Origin: a virus | Lineage: Duplodnaviria > Caudoviricetes | IMG/VR virus record: IMGVR_UViG_2916515220_000003 | DNA: 64,000 nt | Reading direction: 5' to 3' (one strand) | Shown: positions 59,976 through 64,000 of the stretch, piece after piece | How the letters are laid out: each line of letters begins with the position of its first letter | Position numbering within the stretch: the stretch's first letter is position 1 | Translations under genes and position numbers: made by a program | The notes under the pieces: model-generated | The model's input: the letters and a program-made list of their open reading frames with translations, nothing else | What the model was told of the DNA's origin: nothing | Database searches by the model: none

Positions 59976-61212
59976 TGGGCTTAGGCTCCTTGTCGGTTTT
60001 CAAAGGGTCGGCACCGTCCTTTTGATCAGCGGGCAAATTTGCCTTCTGGTCGTTCGGATTGATGTGCGGATTGCCGTACTCGTTGCCACCCTCGTATGGT
60101 CCCAGATCGAGCCACCCACGGGCTTCGTTCGGGTTGAGCACCTTGGCGCTGATGAGCGTGGAAATCGCTGTGGCGCGCGATGTCAGGTCAGCACGGGTCA
60201 GGTCGTCACGGTCGAAGCTGATGCGGTAGCGCTTGCGTTCATCGCGGGAGAGCAGCGCGCGGCCAAGGGCGGTTTCGAGAGCGCGCAGCCAAGGCTCCAG
60301 CGTATAGGTCAGGAACTCCCGGCCCATCTGCTCGGAATTGCTCCAGGTGGCGCGGTCGAGTTCGAACAGCATGGAAGGCGGGACGCGGAAGGCGCGGGCA
60401 ATCTCGATGATCTGGAACTTGCGCAGTTCAAGGAACTGGCTGTCCACCGAGTTGAGCATCAGCTGCTTGATATCGGCGTCATCCCAGAGGACCGCAGCCT
60501 TGCCGCTGTCTGCCGGCTGGCGGAAGGCTTTGCGCCAGCCGGCGATCATCTTCTTCGCGCCTTCATCACCGAGCGACTTCTTGTTCAGGATCACGACGCC
60601 AGGCGTGGCGCCATTCTTGAAGAAGTTGGAGGCGTGGGTTTCCATCACCTTGGCCGCGCCGATCGCTTCGGCCGCGAGAGTGAGGGGCGATTTGTCGAAC
60701 GGGCCACGGACGTGCACCACGTTTTCAGACTTCACGATCTGGCCGTTGATGCGGTAGGTCGGTTCGCCGGTCCACGGATCGAAGGTAACGCTGATGCCCT
60801 GCGGCTGGTATCGGATGATTTCGCGGATCTCGCCGCGCACGCGGTTCACGTAGGCAAGGCCGCCCCAGTCACGGGTGAGGGCGTCGGCCGCCAGATCGCG
60901 GATAAGGTCGAAGCCGGCGGACCACGGATTGACATCACCGCGGAGCAGCGCACCGATCGGGTGATTGCGATCCTCTTCCTCGGTGCCGTCCTCGCGGCGT
61001 TCCATGATCCTGATATCGAGGGTGGCGGCGGCTTCCGATATGACCCTGACCGCATTGGCCACGGCAGGGACGCGCAGAGCTTGAGCGCCAGAGATTGCCA
61101 CCGTGCCGGAAGCCATGCCCGACCACAGGGCAGCGAGAACGCCGTCCTCATCCTTGAGGTTCTCGTCTCGCGTCTCGATCTTTTCGGTGCGTTTGAAAGG
61201 GTTCCAGCTCAT
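59965..61212 (-). CDS. HK97-family portal protein
   Basis: ALRVPAVANAVRVISE, FFKNGATP, DSQFLELR, IARAFRVPP, SNSEQ, NPNEAR. Confidence 0.95.
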   Translation of the reverse strand: MSWNPFKRTEKIETRDENLKDEDGVLAALWSGMASGTVAISGAQALRVPAVANAVRVISEAAATLDIRIMERREDGTEEEDRNHPIGALLRGDVNPWSAGFDLIRDLAADALTRDWGGLAYVNRVRGEIREIIRYQPQGISVTFDPWTGEPTYRINGQIVKSENVVHVRGPFDKSPLTLAAEAIGAAKVMETHASNFFKNGATPGVVILNKKSLGDEGAKKMIAGWRKAFRQPADSGKAAVLWDDADIKQLMLNSVDSQFLELRKFQIIEIARAFRVPPSMLFELDRATWSNSEQMGREFLTYTLEPWLRALETALGRALLSRDERKRYRISFDRDDLTRADLTSRATAISTLISAKVLNPNEARGWLDLGPYEGGNEYGNPHINPNDQKANLPADQKDGADPLKTDKEPKPNDA

Positions 61213-61282
61213 GGGCTGGAATTTCCGCCATCACAGCGGAAATGTGTATCGGAGAGAATGGGTTAGTCTGGGTTTGTTTATG

Positions 61283-61519
61283 TTACGCTCGAAAGAAGGC
61301 CAGCAAGTCCCCTTCGTGCGCGCAATATCGCCCCCCAATCTGCTTCACGGGGCTGCCTTCGACCTTGGCCAGAGTATCACGGACAAAATCCGCTGAGACA
61401 CCGATCCGGGCTGCAATGGCTTCGGCGGTCCAGATGATCCGGAACGGGTTGCCGGTATCGTTCGGCTTGCCGGCGAGAATGGCGTCGAGCCGTGATGCTG
61501 TCAGCTTCGGTTGGTTCAT
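61283..61519 (-). CDS. small winged-HTH DNA-binding protein (possible late regulator)
   Basis: IWTAEAIAARIGVSADFVR..PVKQIGGRYCA..DL; directly upstream of portal. Confidence 0.65.
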   Translation of the reverse strand: MNQPKLTASRLDAILAGKPNDTGNPFRIIWTAEAIAARIGVSADFVRDTLAKVEGSPVKQIGGRYCAHEGDLLAFFRA

Positions 61520-61676
61520 GCGCACGCTCCGTTGAACGTCCGTTGAACGTCCGTTGCCGACATCCGTTGATTTTTCACGAGAATTTCGCGCCGAAAATTC
61601 GGAGATAATTTCGCCGTCATTGCCACCTGATGCAATGATACCAAAGGCTTGCGATTTCCATGGTGTTTCCAAACCA

Positions 61677-61880
61677 TCACGACGCGCCTCCTGGTCGGTC
61701 AATCCCGCAGATTTCATCCATGGCCGTGATAATGTCCATGATCGTGGCGTACTCACCAACGCGATAACGTTTTCCGTCCTTGAAGTGCTCCAGTATGTGG
61801 ATTTCCTTGCCGGTCGTCTCGTCAACATCACGACCGATAAACATGCATTCCTTGTCTGGAAACTGTGCGATGTCGCTCAT
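61677..61880 (-). CDS. hypothetical protein
   Basis: Coupled small ORF. Confidence 0.55.
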   Translation of the reverse strand: MSDIAQFPDKECMFIGRDVDETTGKEIHILEHFKDGKRYRVGEYATIMDIITAMDEICGIDRPGGAS

Positions 61881-62059
61881 GCCACGTTCCTTTCGCGGCG
61901 GAATGCATGAGTTATAACCTGACCGTTGATCTGCGGCGGCATCCGGCCATCGAGCATACTGCGGACAAGCGCCTCAACTTTCCGCTCAAAGCGCCAGCGG
62001 CTGTCGATAACGTTGGAAGGCTTGTTATCAGCCCATGTGAACAAATCGAGTTGCGTCAC
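61877..62059 (-). CDS. hypothetical protein
   Basis: QLDLFTWA..; coupled to rep stop. Confidence 0.55.
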   Translation of the reverse strand: MTQLDLFTWADNKPSNVIDSRWRFERKVEALVRSMLDGRMPPQINGQVITHAFRRERNVA

Positions 62060-62883
62060 GCTGCTGCCTCCTGCTTCGGTCCAAGCATATTGTTTGCCAG
62101 TCTCAGAGTGAGAACACCCATCTTAAGCATACTCATCAGTCGTGCTCGGAGAATGGTGGCTCCTGGCCGACCTGCGCAGATTTGATCCATCATGGCTTCC
62201 GCCTCTGCGTCGCTCTCTGGGATGGGCAACGGCAACGTTTCTTCATCGCCTATTTGATCAGGAGAATACCCCTTAAGAGGTTCTTCCACTTCATAGAGAG
62301 AATCTCCAAGGTATCCTCTATGGTATTTGTCGGTAGATTCTACCGGGACATCCTGGTAGTTACTACCGGGACATCCATTTTCAGGGGTGGTAGATTCTAC
62401 CGGGACATGAGCGGATTTCATGTTTTTACGCCTCCGCTCTTCCTTCTTTCGCTCTGCATCCTTCTCGCTCAGATACTCGGCGGCTTCCCGAGTGTGCATT
62501 TTAACGACCTCGGCACGTGGGTTTTCCACATGGTACCGAACGCAGCCGTCTTTGGTGGTTGTTCCGGTGGTGACGAGGTAATGGTTATCGACCAGAAGCG
62601 CCCGCGCATTGCGGGCGGTCCTGTCTGACTTTATACCACCCCGCGCCATCAGGGTCAGTGACGAAGCGTAAACAGAGGTCGGCTTCAAGCTTACTTTATC
62701 GACCTTGAGAAAGGACAGATAAACGACGATTGCTTGGACGCATGGCGCTCCGTGCAGCTTCGGATCTGCCGCGACGGTTTCAATGGTCTTGAGTTTGAAT
62801 GCCACAAGCTGGCTACACGCGACCTGATATGGCGACCGCGTGTCTTCAATGATCTCGCCATGCTCGGTGATGTACTCGCTCAA
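62056..62883 (-). CDS. replication initiator-like protein with internal iterons
   Basis: wHTH-like LMARGG..RTARNARALLVDNHYL; repeats in linker; TTG start overlapping upstream stop. Confidence 0.65.
   Translation of the reverse strand: MSEYITEHGEIIEDTRSPYQVACSQLVAFKLKTIETVAADPKLHGAPCVQAIVVYLSFLKVDKVSLKPTSVYASSLTLMARGGIKSDRTARNARALLVDNHYLVTTGTTTKDGCVRYHVENPRAEVVKMHTREAAEYLSEKDAERKKEERRRKNMKSAHVPVESTTPENGCPGSNYQDVPVESTDKYHRGYLGDSLYEVEEPLKGYSPDQIGDEETLPLPIPESDAEAEAMMDQICAGRPGATILRARLMSMLKMGVLTLRLANNMLGPKQEAAA
62332..62408. repeat. three 20-bp iterons (putative origin)
   Basis: GGTAGATTCTACCGGGACAT at 62332 and 62389; GGTAGTTACTACCGGGACAT at 62355. Confidence 0.8.
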
Positions 62884-63047
62884 CCGAACGCCCTCCGGTT
62901 CTGGCGATACTGGTTCGCCAAGGTGAGTGCCTGGGCGGCTTGCGCCGCCGTCAGGCTGAAAATGTTCTGAAGCAGGGCCAGCTTGTTCGGCAGGTCGTGC
63001 GGTTGCTCTGACAGCCACATGGCGGCTTTCTCGATGGGTGTGGTCAT
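62880..63047 (-). CDS. small hypothetical protein (not in ORF track)
   Basis: 55 aa MTTPIEKAAMWLSEQ..FSLTAAQAAQA..RRAFG; TGATG coupled. Confidence 0.65.
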   Translation of the reverse strand: MTTPIEKAAMWLSEQPHDLPNKLALLQNIFSLTAAQAAQALTLANQYRQNRRAFG

Positions 63048-63262
63048 CACTTCCTCCCCAGCACATGAAGGCGTTGCAATTCCCTCGCCACGTCTTGCAG
63101 CGAGAGTTCGTAACGAGCGCCGGCAACAACGGTATCGGGAGCAATCTCGGTCAGCATGTAGCCGCCGAAATTATCCATGCCCTCGGCCTTGCGGGACTTG
63201 TGGAAGTCGTAGCCGCTTTCGCGGGCGAGCTTCTTGAGGCGGGCTTCGGGGTTCAGGCTCAT
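63047..63262 (-). CDS. hypothetical protein
   Basis: EARLKKLARESGYDFHKSR..DNFGGYML; coupled. Confidence 0.65.
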   Translation of the reverse strand: MSLNPEARLKKLARESGYDFHKSRKAEGMDNFGGYMLTEIAPDTVVAGARYELSLQDVARELQRLHVLGRK

Positions 63263-63555
63263 TGAACGCTACCTCCTTCGTCAGGTATCAGGGAGACAAG
63301 GCGACGGCCTTCTCGAAGGAGCGCAAGCTTGAACGTGTTGCAGGCGATCTGGATGTCGTTGTCGCAGGTGCCGCCGTCTGTCAGGTGGTCCTGAACATCC
63401 TTCACGGCGGCTTCGATCTCCTCTTCGAGGGCATGAAGAGGCAGATCAAACATGACCGCTTTCTGGAAGAGTAAGCGGCCAGATGTCTTACCGATCTCCT
63501 CCAGCTTTGCCATGCAGAGCGCTGTGAGTTGCTCGCGGGAAAGGTTGTCGCTCAT
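63259..63555 (-). CDS. hypothetical protein
   Basis: Coupled ORF with GGAGG RBS. Confidence 0.6.
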   Translation of the reverse strand: MSDNLSREQLTALCMAKLEEIGKTSGRLLFQKAVMFDLPLHALEEEIEAAVKDVQDHLTDGGTCDNDIQIACNTFKLALLREGRRLVSLIPDEGGSVQ

Positions 63556-63794
63556 AGCCCGCACCCTCCATAGATACGACCGACGCTGTAGTCACCTTCG
63601 TCACCGTTGAAATCATGCTCGTCACCGTTCGGCTCGCGCTCGTCGTCATATTCCCGATCCTCCATTTCGGGATAGGTATCTGCCAGATAGGGCTCAAGGT
63701 TCTCGTCGCCATCGACGAGGTCGAGGAGGGCGACCAGTTCCTCGATTTTCGCTTCGAGGCGGGCGCGGGTGATTTCCAGAGGGGACTGTCTCAT
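63552..63794 (-). CDS. acidic hypothetical protein
   Basis: RARLEAKIEELVALLDLVDGDENLEP.. Confidence 0.65.
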   Translation of the reverse strand: MRQSPLEITRARLEAKIEELVALLDLVDGDENLEPYLADTYPEMEDREYDDEREPNGDEHDFNGDEGDYSVGRIYGGCGL

Positions 63795-64000
63795 GCGAAA
63801 GCCTCCCCAAGCTCTTCCACACAGTCCCTGATGACTTTAATTCGGTCATCGATCTCTTCAGACAGGGCCTGAAGCGCGTTGACCGCGAACGTATCTTTCA
63901 CATCACTGCAGGCCATGAAGAGCGCGCGGTTAAGGTTCTTGGCGGTAATGATCATGTCTGCAATTTCGAGCAGCTTGTGCTTCGCGTCGGTGGCGCTCAT
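63791..64000 (-). CDS. hypothetical protein
   Basis: 69-aa ORF at window edge, coupled to next gene. Confidence 0.55.
   Translation of the reverse strand: MSATDAKHKLLEIADMIITAKNLNRALFMACSDVKDTFAVNALQALSEEIDDRIKVIRDCVEELGEAFA

Larger units (their letters stand above)
47643..64000 (-). mobile_element. compact phage-satellite-like element (head, packaging and partial sipho tail); continues beyond window
   Basis: Begins at tRNA 3' end with arm-like repeats; rep with iterons; HK97 morphogenesis genes; no tail tip or lysis genes seen. Confidence 0.75.

Noticed and set aside
59401-61266. Long plus-strand ORFs (621 aa here; also 52879-54099, 57865-59133, 2137-3300) and long minus-strand ORFs over the myovirus late genes
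   Set aside because: Antisense shadows of well-supported genes in GC-rich DNA, with no recognisable motifs
47643-64000. Gene transfer agent
   Set aside because: It has rep with iterons, a cos-like site, HNH genes and tRNA-linked arm repeats, and lacks RcGTA gene order and the megatron/hub genes

Overview
Two adjacent phage-derived elements separated by a host tRNA-Cys, in what looks like a Rhizobiaceae (Agrobacterium/Rhizobium-like) genome; the host is inferred from alphaproteobacterial GTTC-N7-GTTC LexA boxes and gene content. (1) <1-~47,550: most of a temperate myovirus-type prophage. It has an early-left recombination operon, a cI/cro switch with 7-5-7 operators, a helicase/methyltransferase early-right operon, a tRNA-Met(CAT), terminase, DUF1073 portal, MuF, a Nudix-fused DUF2213 protease/scaffold, DUF2184 capsid, contractile tail and baseplate, lysis genes, several morons and an SOS-boxed terminal operon. 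(2) ~47,643->64,000 (minus strand): a compact satellite-like element. It has PICI-like small ORFs, a rep gene with internal iterons, HK97-type head and packaging genes, a cos-like site and a partial siphovirus tail (tube, tape measure, Dit-like, and two separated chaperone halves) in scrambled order. No tail-tip/receptor-binding or lysis genes are visible in it. Best novelty candidates: this head-plus-partial-tail satellite; a ~280-nt structured ncRNA cassette in the prophage immunity region; a tRNA-like CCA-ending mini-RNA next to the phage tRNA; a 24-bp-period array of different palindromes in the satellite; the Nudix-protease fusion; and an EcoHK31I-beta-like overlapping ORF in the C5 methyltransferase. 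Eight single-base frameshifts can each be repaired by adding one base to a homopolymer run and are probably sequencing errors. All family assignments are from motif recognition and synteny, not database searches.
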